Positions 43,861 through 52,581 of a stretch of 64,000 nucleotides of DNA are shown piece after piece. The notes under the pieces were generated by a model that did not search any database, was not told the origin of the DNA, and was given only the letters and a program-made list of their open reading frames with translations. This stretch comes from an uncultured delta proteobacterium. Its GTDB lineage: Bacteria > Desulfobacterota > Desulfomonilia > UBA1062. Numbering within the stretch: position 1 is the first letter of the stretch; each line of letters opens with the position of its first letter. The translations under genes were made by a program, and so were the position numbers. The stretch is taken from positions 288,001 through 352,000 of the forward strand of contig CAWCTR010000004.1 of assembly GCA_963798485.1 (NCBI GenBank), written 5' to 3'.

Positions 43861-44778
43861 ATGAAGATAGATGACATCAAACGTGTGCTCATCCTGGGCG
43901 CAGGCACCATGGGACAGCAGATCGGGCTCCAGTGCGCCATGCATGGATATGAGGTTGTGTACTATGATATCTCCCAGGACATCCTGGACAATGCAGTAAG
44001 GCGTGTGGCTAAGCTCGCCTCCTGGTACGCCTCCATCGGCCGCCTCACCGATGAGCAGTTCCGGCAGACGCTGGCGAGGATCACATCCACGACAGACCCT
44101 GCCAAAGCGGCCCATGAAGTAGATTTTGTAAATGAGTCGGTGCCCGAGGACCCTGACCTGAAGGGTAAGGTGTTCGCACAGTTCAACAAGCTCTGCCCCG
44201 AGCGAACCATATTTACCACCAATACCTCCTATCTTGTTCCATCCATGTTTGCCGAGGCCTCAGGCAGACCGGAAAAATTGGCAGCACTCCACTTCCATGA
44301 CCTTCGGGCAAGCAATGTGGTGGATGTCATGCCCCACCCGGGAACAGCGCCCTACGTTACGAATCTCGTACAAGACTTCGCTAAAAGTATCGGGCAGATC
44401 GTTATCATGCTCCATAGGGAGAACAATGGTTACGTGTTCAATACCATGATATCGAGCCTCTTCTTCTCAGCTATGACCCTGGCTTCAAAAAAGGTAAGCT
44501 CAATTGAGGATATCGACCGCGCCTGGATGGGGATCACGCATATGCCCATCGGACCCTTCGGCCTCATGGACCAGATAGGCCTGAAGACCGTATGGACTAT
44601 CACCGAATACTGGGCCAAGAAGGCCGGCGACAAGCAGTCGCAGGAAAACGCCGACTTCCTGAAACAGTTCGTTGACAAGGGTGAGCTGGGGTACAAGACG
44701 AACAAGGGGTTTTATTCGTATCCGAAACCTGCATACCAGAAGGATGATTTTCTTCTTGGAGAAACGGGAAAAGAATAA
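43861..44778 (+). CDS. 3-hydroxyacyl-CoA dehydrogenase
   Basis: GAGTMG, ESVPE, TNTS, LHF, GPFGLMDQIG. Confidence 0.92.
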   Translation: MKIDDIKRVLILGAGTMGQQIGLQCAMHGYEVVYYDISQDILDNAVRRVAKLASWYASIGRLTDEQFRQTLARITSTTDPAKAAHEVDFVNESVPEDPDLKGKVFAQFNKLCPERTIFTTNTSYLVPSMFAEASGRPEKLAALHFHDLRASNVVDVMPHPGTAPYVTNLVQDFAKSIGQIVIMLHRENNGYVFNTMISSLFFSAMTLASKKVSSIEDIDRAWMGITHMPIGPFGLMDQIGLKTVWTITEYWAKKAGDKQSQENADFLKQFVDKGELGYKTNKGFYSYPKPAYQKDDFLLGETGKE

Positions 44779-44841
44779 AGAGAGCTTAAGTAAAGGGACC
44801 AAGGTTACGGGTGCATGGAGTTCGAGCAGACATAGGAGTAG

Positions 44842-44954
44842 TTCACCACGAAGGTCACGAAGAAAGGAACCTTTTAAAATAGCGGGTCGGTTCAAAGAAT
44901 CCAAGGGTGTCTGTACTGCATTCCTAAGATCTTCCTCGTGCCCTATGTAGTGAA
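44842..44954. repeat. Degenerate 23-bp inverted repeat pair (MITE/REPIN-like)
   Basis: TTCACCACGAAGGTCACGAAGAA (44842-44864) vs TTCCTCGTGCCCTATGTAGTGAA (44932-44954), 18/23 complementary. Confidence 0.5.
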
Positions 44955-45025
44955 AACAATGTGCCTCCAATTACCTTTATAGCCTCATAAAAAGTATGCT
45001 TAACAGGGAACTATATTTCTTATAG

Positions 45026-45697
45026 TTATCTCATTGCCGCTTCCAGCACAGACGGATGCTTGAGGATGGCCTGCTCCACATCGTAAGCCGACACGTTCTC
45101 ACCCCTTCTCCTCTTGGAGTCGGTGCTGCGGCCCACAAAGTAGATGTAACCCTGCTCGTCCTGGTACATGAGGTCGCCGGTATACTCCCATTCGCCTTTT
45201 GTCTTCTCACCCGATGCATCCGGGTTTTTGTAATACTCCACCGAGCTCTTTTTGTTCGGGTCCACCTTGAACAGGAGCTCACCCGTGGCGCCTGTTGAAA
45301 CATCATTGCCTTTCTCGTCCACGAGCCTGATGACGGAGTTCATGGGCTTGCCGAGAGAGCCCTTGGGCCCGTCGCCGAAGTTAGCGATGAACCCGGTCCC
45401 GTCGATGGCAGCATAGGCCTCCCAGATCTTGACATTGAACCTATTTTCGAAGGGCTCCCACAAGGCTGCATGGGCACCCGGCTGAAAGGATTCTTACCAC
45501 CTGATGGTTCTTTTCATACGGGCTTTCCGGCTGCTTCATGAGGATGGGGATGATGGCTCCGATGGTATTGAACACGGTTGCCTTGGACTTCACTATCTCC
45601 TCCCAGAACCTGCCGGCCGAGAACCGCTTGGACAGGGCCACCGTGCACCCCACGACCAGTGCGGAGGAGGTGGTGACATAGAGTGCGTTGCCGCTTC
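45026..45697 (-). pseudogene. Truncated, frameshifted duplicate of the CoA ligase at 48669-50237
   Basis: 45115-45470 identical to 48992-49347; extra base at 45471; both ends missing. Confidence 0.88.
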
Positions 45698-46034
45698 AAG
45701 ATCATCCGGTTTGTTTTCAAGATAGAAATTGTGAATGTTCACCAGGATCTGGATGGGAGGCAGGCTGTAGCTGTTACCCATTCCCAGCAGTGCGTTTCTC
45801 CTGAACACATCAGCCAGTATCTGTTCTACATAGGCGAGGTCTTTCCCGAAGGCGTCAGCCACTCCCCGGGTGGAAACAAACAAACCGGGGCGCTTGAGAT
45901 TCTGGAGCAGTTCGGCTTCATGGGGTGAATAAACCAGCTTGAGATACCTGATAAATGCCGTCAGCGGCTTTCGGGGCGGTGGAGAAGAATTCATCCATCT
46001 TCTGTGCAATGGTTATGTATACGGCATCGCTCAT
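45688..46034 (-). pseudogene. Frameshifted N-terminal gene fragment (probably a 4Fe-4S-binding protein) fused to the ligase fragment
   Basis: AAGGAGG SD + MSDAVYITIAQKMDEFFSTAPKAADG, frame change to AFIRYLKLVYSPHEAE...DDLEAA; family assignment from recall only. Confidence 0.55.
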
Positions 46035-46067
46035 GGTATCCCTCCTTAACGTCAAGTTTTTTCTCAT

Positions 46068-46661
46068 TTATCTTCTCTCGAAAGAGTTAACCCCTGGTGT
46101 GAAATTCTCAGTGGTATTAATCCATCCGTCCCAATGATCATAAGGTGGTGACTCCTTGAACCACTCTACAGGATAGTGATTCATGCCTGGCAAAATGCGG
46201 CTCCAGACCATGGCGACCAAGGCGAGGATCATTATGCCAAGCACAACCGGCTGCCAGAGGGAGAAGAAACCGGCATGCTAATTTATCATGATCAGGGGAT
46301 TTGCTCCGGCAGGAGGATGCACTGTCCTTGTGGAAAGCATGTATATGAGAGAGAGAACCATTGCCAGTACATATACCAGAAGCGCATCCCCGAATGCATG
46401 GTAACAGAGCAAACCGATGAGCGCGCAGCCTAAATGCCCGCCAAAGAGGGCTCGTGGTTGCGCTGCAGCAGTGTGAGTGAGACCAAAGAGGAATACAGTA
46501 GATCCGCCCAGGGAGGCCAGGAGAAATGGCGATGAGGGTATACCGGCAAACCATAATGCCAAACCGATACCTGCTGTAGCGCCCACGGCTCGCCAGAGCA
46601 GTCGCTGGAAGTCCTTAGTGAGTTGTTGTTTTTTTCTCATTTGCTCATACTTATGGGACAT
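46068..46661 (-). pseudogene. HPP family membrane protein with an internal in-frame TAG
   Basis: AQPRALFGGH, VHPPAGANPL; TAG at 46280-46278, then the same frame stays open (HAGFFSLWQPVVLG...) to TAA at 46070-46068. Confidence 0.8.
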
Positions 46662-48000
46662 ACTTCTCAACCATCGAATGGTGCGCAGAGTCTTTATGAC
46701 CTTCCAAGCGATCTGCCTCAGCCTTCTTCAGACGACGATTATACAGAAAACCTTCAATCATGGATTTGGGCTCCAGGCCGAAGTACAATTTGTGGAAAAG
46801 AACGGTCGATTTAACCATATCCTTGATAATAACCCATGCACCCGGCTTTGGGAGTTGCCTTATCTTTACCGCTTCCTCATAGGTGGGCACATTCACCATA
46901 TCTCCGTTCGGTCCGCGCACCACCAGACCCCCATCGACCAGAAGCCGATAACGCTTGGCTGTCTCTTCCAATGCGGGACCGCAGATAAGGCTGCAATGCG
47001 CGCAGGTCAGTATGGTTTCGTCTCGAAGACCGGTGACCCCCGCCTTTTCCGCAAGGGTAAAAAGCGCCTTCTCTCGCTCTTCACGTCGGAGGTTTTCAGG
47101 ATGCTTATCCAGATATTCCTTGAGGACTTCATCGGGGATGATATCATGACCAATGGCCTTGACCATGCTGAATCGGCCGGAAGTATCTCCGGCCAGGTTG
47201 GCTCTCAGCGTCAGTTCCCTTACGGCGTCCCACTTCGTGATCGAATCGACCGGCTTTTCCATCCACTCCTTGTCCCAGCGATAGCCCCAGGTGGTCCATT
47301 TCCTGTCCGGTGAGATGCTGTGCAATCCGAAACAGGCGGCGCTGCACAGGTTGATGTCTCGCCGTTTTCCCCGCGGGTGGAGCGCGCCGTTCAGGAGCAC
47401 GTACTCTTCCTCGTCGTCCCGGAACATCTGCGCTGAACAGGTCTTGGCGCATATGCCACACGCGTTGCAAAAGTTGTCGATGAAATGGCGGGGTGAGTGC
47501 CGGATCGGGTCGCTTTCAAGCACTGCATCGGTCACCACAGTTCCTATATAGATGGAAGCGCCGTACTCGGCGCTCATGACATTGCCCGACCAGCCCTGCC
47601 CCGCTATCCCTGCCGCGATAGCTCCGAAGCGGTGGGAGAAGCTTGGAAGGACAGCATAGATGTATGGGTGACGGCGGTAGCTGCTGTTGGGGGGCACGCT
47701 CTCGGCTTTGTAACCCATTGACCGGATATACTCTGCCAAAGAATCACAGATGCGGTGCATCCGTTGATTCTTCTTCAATTGATCGAGCCAGTGCGGCACG
47801 GGCGACTTCTTACCCAGAAAATCATAAATGGCATTCACATCCATGGGCAATATCATTGACACTATGGACCGTGCGCCTCGCATGGTATAGGTCGGGTCCA
47901 GAGAGGGAGGCCCGTCAAGCCTATCCGGACCCGCCACACCAACAACCTCTACACCCTGATCTCTTACAAATGCTTTGATCTTCTGTTCCAGATTACCCAT
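46651..48000 (-). CDS. QueG/reductive-dehalogenase-like (cobalamin, Fe-S) protein
   Basis: FSHRFGAIAAGIAGQGWSGN..YGASIYIGTVVTDA, CNACGICAKTC, later CSAAC and TCAHCSLIC; no Tat signal. Confidence 0.75.
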   Translation of the reverse strand: MGNLEQKIKAFVRDQGVEVVGVAGPDRLDGPPSLDPTYTMRGARSIVSMILPMDVNAIYDFLGKKSPVPHWLDQLKKNQRMHRICDSLAEYIRSMGYKAESVPPNSSYRRHPYIYAVLPSFSHRFGAIAAGIAGQGWSGNVMSAEYGASIYIGTVVTDAVLESDPIRHSPRHFIDNFCNACGICAKTCSAQMFRDDEEEYVLLNGALHPRGKRRDINLCSAACFGLHSISPDRKWTTWGYRWDKEWMEKPVDSITKWDAVRELTLRANLAGDTSGRFSMVKAIGHDIIPDEVLKEYLDKHPENLRREEREKALFTLAEKAGVTGLRDETILTCAHCSLICGPALEETAKRYRLLVDGGLVVRGPNGDMVNVPTYEEAVKIRQLPKPGAWVIIKDMVKSTVLFHKLYFGLEPKSMIEGFLYNRRLKKAEADRLEGHKDSAHHSMVEKYVP

Positions 48001-48016
48001 TATCCCATCTCCTCTC

Positions 48017-48559
48017 CTAATTCTTTTTGTGAATCTTCTCCAAGGCATCTACGTTTTCCAGAGGAACCCGAGTGGATTCGAGGAATCTGCTGACCATGTT
48101 GAAGTGACTTACACACAGGATGAGCTCCGTCGCTCCGCGAACACCGTACCGGTCAAGGATTTGTGCAAGGGCATCGTCGCTGAGCCTCACGTTCCGGCTG
48201 ATCTCATCCGCCACCCGGCAGAGAAGATTGCATTCATCGTCGAGGGAGGTTACCGGGTCCTCGGTCATGATCTTTTCGATCTGTTCCTCGGTAACGCCGC
48301 ATTGCCTGGCTACGGTGACATGATGGGTCCACTCGTAGTTTGCCTCAGTGACCCGTGCGACCCGTAAGATTGCGATTTCACGGTTTCGCGGGTCGAACTG
48401 GCTCTCGAAAAGGATTGAACGGGCTAACGCTGCAAGGGTCATGAAGCTTGCCGGAGCGTTTGCTGCCATGCGGAAGATGTTGAGCGGCATCGCTTCGACA
48501 GCTTCCCTTATCCCGGAAGGTAGGCTCCCAATCTCGGGAAGCGGTATAGAAATACTCAT
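48017..48559 (-). CDS. Carboxymuconolactone decarboxylase/AhpD-like protein
   Basis: LNIFRMAAN, REIAILRVA, YEWTHH. Confidence 0.85.
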   Translation of the reverse strand: MSISIPLPEIGSLPSGIREAVEAMPLNIFRMAANAPASFMTLAALARSILFESQFDPRNREIAILRVARVTEANYEWTHHVTVARQCGVTEEQIEKIMTEDPVTSLDDECNLLCRVADEISRNVRLSDDALAQILDRYGVRGATELILCVSHFNMVSRFLESTRVPLENVDALEKIHKKN

Positions 48560-48668
48560 ATAGATTTCTCCTTTCCTTTCTGATGATGGCTTCGTGCCTC
48601 AAATATGTTTGCCGAACATGCCTGCCGGCTGTTTGGCTTGATATATGGAAACGACCGCAAAGGTTTAT

Positions 48669-50237
48669 TCATGCCTCTGCATCGAATGTGTCCGTCGTAA
48701 CCCCTATTGACTTCAGTTCGCCCTTTTTGATGCGGAAGGTTTCTGTCCGGGGAAAGTCATCCACCATGCGGAGATAGCGCGGTATGGCGAATTTGGCGAG
48801 CTTGTCCTGGAGGAATCCCCACAGTTCTTTGCCGGCTATTTTTTCCCCCTCCACGAGCTTGACCGAGGCCATGATCTCGTCTTCGGTCATCTCGGATGGT
48901 ACAGCATATACAGCCGCCTCCAGTACAGACGGATGCTTGAGGATGGCCTGCTCCACGTCGTAGGCCGACACGTTCTCACCCCTTCTCCTCATGGAGTCGG
49001 TGCTGCGGCCCACAAAGTAGATGTAACCCTGCTCGTCCTGGTACATGAGGTCGCCGGTATACTCCCATTCGCCTTTTGTCTTCTCACCCGATGCATCCGG
49101 GTTTTTGTAATACTCCACCGAGCTCTTTTTGTTCGGGTCCACCTTGAACAGGAGCTCACCCGTGGCGCCTGTTGAAACATCATTGCCTTTCTCGTCCACG
49201 AGCCTGATGACGGAGTTCATGGGCTTGCCGAGAGAGCCCTTGGGCCCGTCGCCGAAGTTAGCGATGAACCCGGTCCCGTCGATGGCAGCATAGGCCTCCC
49301 AGATCTTGACATTGAACCTATTTTCGAAGGGCTCCCACAAGGCTGCAGGGCACCCGGCCGACAGGACCCTCACCACCTGGTGGCTCTTCTCGAAAGGGCT
49401 CTCCGGCTGCTTCATGAGGATGGGGATGATGGCGCCGATGGTGTTGAACACCGTGGCCTTGGACTTCACTATTTCTTCCCAGAACCTGCCGGCGGAAAAT
49501 CGCTTGGAAAGCGCCACCGTGCACCCCACGACGAGTGAAGAGGTGACCGTGACATAGAGCGCGTTCCCGTGGAACAGCTGCAAGGCGGTATAGTATACGG
49601 AGTCGGGTGTGAGTATTATGGCAGCCAACATCTTGAGCCGTTCGATGATGTTCTTGTTGTAGCGCATGACCACGCCCTTGGGCAGGCCCGTGGTGCCGGA
49701 CGTGTACATGAGCATGAGGATGGAGTTCTCGTCGAACCTCACAACAGGCTTAGAGGTGGGAGCATCGATGTGGTACGCATCCTTCAGGTTGATCATACCC
49801 TTGGGGACCTTGAAGCCCTGGGGTGCTTCAAAGGTGTTGACGAATACACGTTCGATCTTGGGTGTCTTTGCCTCCACGCTCTTGTAGATGTCTATGAGGT
49901 CGTGGTCCACCACCAGGTATTTCGTGTCGCTGTTGTCGATGGTGTAGGCGAGCTGGTCACCGCGCAGCGAGGTGTTCACCGTGTTCACATACATCCCGAT
50001 CTTCTGGATGCCGAAAAAAATGTCCAGGAACTCGGTGGAGTTGTTCATGAGGGTGGCGATACCGTCACCCGGAGCAGCCCCCAGGTTCAGGAGAAAGTTC
50101 GCTATTCTGTTGGCATTCAGGTCCATGTCCGCATAACTGATGGGACGGTCCTGGTACACGACATATACAAAGGTTTTGTCCTTCAGTTTGGCTGCTTGCT
50201 CTTCGAGCAGGGTGGCCCAGTTGGTTGCAGTAGCCAT
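48669..50237 (-). CDS. ATP-dependent acyl-CoA ligase (CaiC-like)
   Basis: YTSGTTGLPKG, LFHGNA, RFSAGRFW, YTGD, RRRGENVS. Confidence 0.9.
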   Translation of the reverse strand: MATATNWATLLEEQAAKLKDKTFVYVVYQDRPISYADMDLNANRIANFLLNLGAAPGDGIATLMNNSTEFLDIFFGIQKIGMYVNTVNTSLRGDQLAYTIDNSDTKYLVVDHDLIDIYKSVEAKTPKIERVFVNTFEAPQGFKVPKGMINLKDAYHIDAPTSKPVVRFDENSILMLMYTSGTTGLPKGVVMRYNKNIIERLKMLAAIILTPDSVYYTALQLFHGNALYVTVTSSLVVGCTVALSKRFSAGRFWEEIVKSKATVFNTIGAIIPILMKQPESPFEKSHQVVRVLSAGCPAALWEPFENRFNVKIWEAYAAIDGTGFIANFGDGPKGSLGKPMNSVIRLVDEKGNDVSTGATGELLFKVDPNKKSSVEYYKNPDASGEKTKGEWEYTGDLMYQDEQGYIYFVGRSTDSMRRRGENVSAYDVEQAILKHPSVLEAAVYAVPSEMTEDEIMASVKLVEGEKIAGKELWGFLQDKLAKFAIPRYLRMVDDFPRTETFRIKKGELKSIGVTTDTFDAEA

Positions 50238-50278
50238 ACTATTTACTCCTTTTCTTTTATGTGTGATTGTCGAGTGTG

Positions 50279-51349
50279 CTACTTCATCCTCGGAAGCATC
50301 AGCTTGCCGGAATCAATGGTCTTGAAATGCTCCGTGAACCGGTAGCTCGATTTCATGCGTATGGCCTCTTTCGGGCAGATGGCCATGCAGTCGCCGCATG
50401 CCATGCAAGCGCTGTCCTCTTCTATCCTCATCGCAGGCTTCTTGTCCTTCATCTCTATGCAGGATGCAGGACAGATGCGTTCACAGGTTCCGCATCCGCT
50501 GCACTTGTCATAGTCGAAGGAGATTTCTCCCCAGTGGGTCTGCGAAGCCTTGTAATTCGGAACAGTGAACTTTTCCGAAAGGCTTATACTGGACCCGGTC
50601 GTGCTGGCGTCCCTGATGGTTGTCTTCCCGTTCTCTATCCAGGAGATACTATGCGTCGGCCGCTCCACGAACCCGTCAGGCTTTCCCATGGACCAGCCTA
50701 CCGCCAGGCTGGTGATGAACTTGTAGGGGTACTTGATGCCGAACACCTTGTTCCACTTGAAGCCGAGATAGTCGAAAGCCACGCTGGCGAAGCTCACCCA
50801 GCAGGTGGACAGACCCATGCTGTGGGCCGCCAGAACCATGTTCTGGCCCGCGATCCCGCAGTCGAGGTCCGGGTTGGACACCCCGCGCGTATCCTTGAAT
50901 ATGAGGATGGCAGTCGGCGCATCATGATACAGCTTCAGCTTCCCGTCCGCTATCAGGGAGATGGCGCTGAACGGCACGGGATGCAGCTTTTTCGGCATCA
51001 GATGGGTATAGAGCTTCGCTATGGGGAACTTCCAGAAATTCCCGGGCGTGCGGTATTCGAGGATCGCCTTGAACAGCTTGCAGATCATGACGACACTGTT
51101 CGTGAGGTCGCCGATGACCTGAGGATCCCTGATCACCACGAACTTCCACGGCTGGCAGTTCCCGGCTGACGGTGCGAACCGCCCGGCTTCCAGGATCCGA
51201 TTCACCATGAACTCAGGCACCTGATCCTTTTTGTACCAGCGAGTGCTTCTGCGGCTCAATATTATCTTTTCCGTCTCCGTGAAGTTCTCTTCCAGATTTT
51301 TCAGGAACTCCGCTTTGTCCTTTTTCACTTCTTTTATCTCCACTGCCAT
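50279..51349 (-). CDS. Nitroreductase-family flavoprotein fused to a C-terminal 2[4Fe-4S] ferredoxin
   Basis: RRSTR, APSAGNCQPW; CSGCGTCERICP and CMACGDCMAICP. Confidence 0.88.
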   Translation of the reverse strand: MAVEIKEVKKDKAEFLKNLEENFTETEKIILSRRSTRWYKKDQVPEFMVNRILEAGRFAPSAGNCQPWKFVVIRDPQVIGDLTNSVVMICKLFKAILEYRTPGNFWKFPIAKLYTHLMPKKLHPVPFSAISLIADGKLKLYHDAPTAILIFKDTRGVSNPDLDCGIAGQNMVLAAHSMGLSTCWVSFASVAFDYLGFKWNKVFGIKYPYKFITSLAVGWSMGKPDGFVERPTHSISWIENGKTTIRDASTTGSSISLSEKFTVPNYKASQTHWGEISFDYDKCSGCGTCERICPASCIEMKDKKPAMRIEEDSACMACGDCMAICPKEAIRMKSSYRFTEHFKTIDSGKLMLPRMK

Positions 51350-51445
51350 ATGTCTATCCTTCCTTTCGCTTTTCATGCATCCCTGTTCAAGGGATGCGGC
51401 CGAATTCCCGGCCCTGCCGGAACCGGTTGATATCCATGATCCGCC

Positions 51446-52567
51446 TTATGCGATGAGTTCCTTTATGAACGCGAGCTTCTTGAGCGGCGCCAACCCAAGG
51501 AGGGCCTGCACCTGCCGGGCATCGCGGTAGCGCTTCTCCTGGCCGTAGTCCTTCATGTAGCCGTTGCCACCCAACAGCTGGACGCCATCGTTGACGAGCT
51601 CGCACGCTAGTTCGTGGACATGAAGGGCAGATGCCATACTAAACTGGCCCCAGTCCTTGATACCCTCCTCGACGGCCCGGCATCCCTGGGCAACGCAGAG
51701 ATCCCCCACCTTTGTCTTGACCGCCATATTGGCCAGGATCATCCTGGTCTCTGACCAGTTGATGATCTCGCGGCCGCCCTGGAAGCGCTCCTTGGCGTAG
51801 GCCAGGGCCTCATTGAACGACCCCTTCATGATGCCTGCTGACATGGCTGCAGCAGCCATGTGCAGTTTCTTTGAGGCTGCCTCGAAATAGGCATTCCCTT
51901 TGCCTTCCTCGCCGAGGAGAAAAGCCTGTGCCTTGTCGAAAGTAACGTCGAGGGCAGGGCATGCGTGCAGACCGAGGCTGAAGATGGGGTCGCTCTTGTT
52001 CACGCCCGGCTCGGACAGGTCCACCAGGAAAAAGGTGTATCCATCGGTGTTGCTGATACGTGCCGGTATGAGGGACATGGAGGCGATAGTGCCCAGCACG
52101 AGGTACTCGAGTTTGCCGGAAAGGGAATAGACCTTTCCTGTGCGCTTTGCGCTCGGCAGGATCGAGGCCTGGCCAGGGTTGCTAAAGGTGGGGAAGGCGA
52201 CGAGGAACTCGGAAGCGACTTTGGAGTTGGGGAAGACCTTCTTGAGAAGGGTTTCATCCTTGGATTGGAGCATGATCTCCTGGGAGAGCGCATTGGTGAA
52301 GATGATACCGCCCAGCGAGCTGTCCACCTGGCAGATGTGGTCGAGCACCGTGCACAGGGTGCTGATCCCCTGGCCGATACCGCCAAAGTCCTCGGGCAGG
52401 GTTATGCCGAGCAGCCCCACCTCGTAGGCCTTGTCGAGCACCCCGTTGAAAAACTCAACGAAGGGGTAGCGGTCGTGTTCCTCGACATTCTTCTTGAGCT
52501 CCTTGGCTGCAAACGATATGGCTAATTCCTCGAACGGTTTCAGATCCGGATTGAATTCGGTTATCAT
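51446..52567 (-). CDS. Acyl-CoA dehydrogenase-like subunit, probably non-catalytic
   Basis: ACAD fold (QLLGGNGY, YRDA) but lacks the TEP and EG motifs. Confidence 0.8.
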   Translation of the reverse strand: MITEFNPDLKPFEELAISFAAKELKKNVEEHDRYPFVEFFNGVLDKAYEVGLLGITLPEDFGGIGQGISTLCTVLDHICQVDSSLGGIIFTNALSQEIMLQSKDETLLKKVFPNSKVASEFLVAFPTFSNPGQASILPSAKRTGKVYSLSGKLEYLVLGTIASMSLIPARISNTDGYTFFLVDLSEPGVNKSDPIFSLGLHACPALDVTFDKAQAFLLGEEGKGNAYFEAASKKLHMAAAAMSAGIMKGSFNEALAYAKERFQGGREIINWSETRMILANMAVKTKVGDLCVAQGCRAVEEGIKDWGQFSMASALHVHELACELVNDGVQLLGGNGYMKDYGQEKRYRDARQVQALLGLAPLKKLAFIKELIA

Positions 52568-52581
52568 GGCTTCCTCCTCTC

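Noticed and set aside
45026-49570. Repeat pair as a diversity-generating retroelement (TR/VR)
   Set aside because: Differences are not adenine-specific and are mostly synonymous; no reverse transcriptase in the window.
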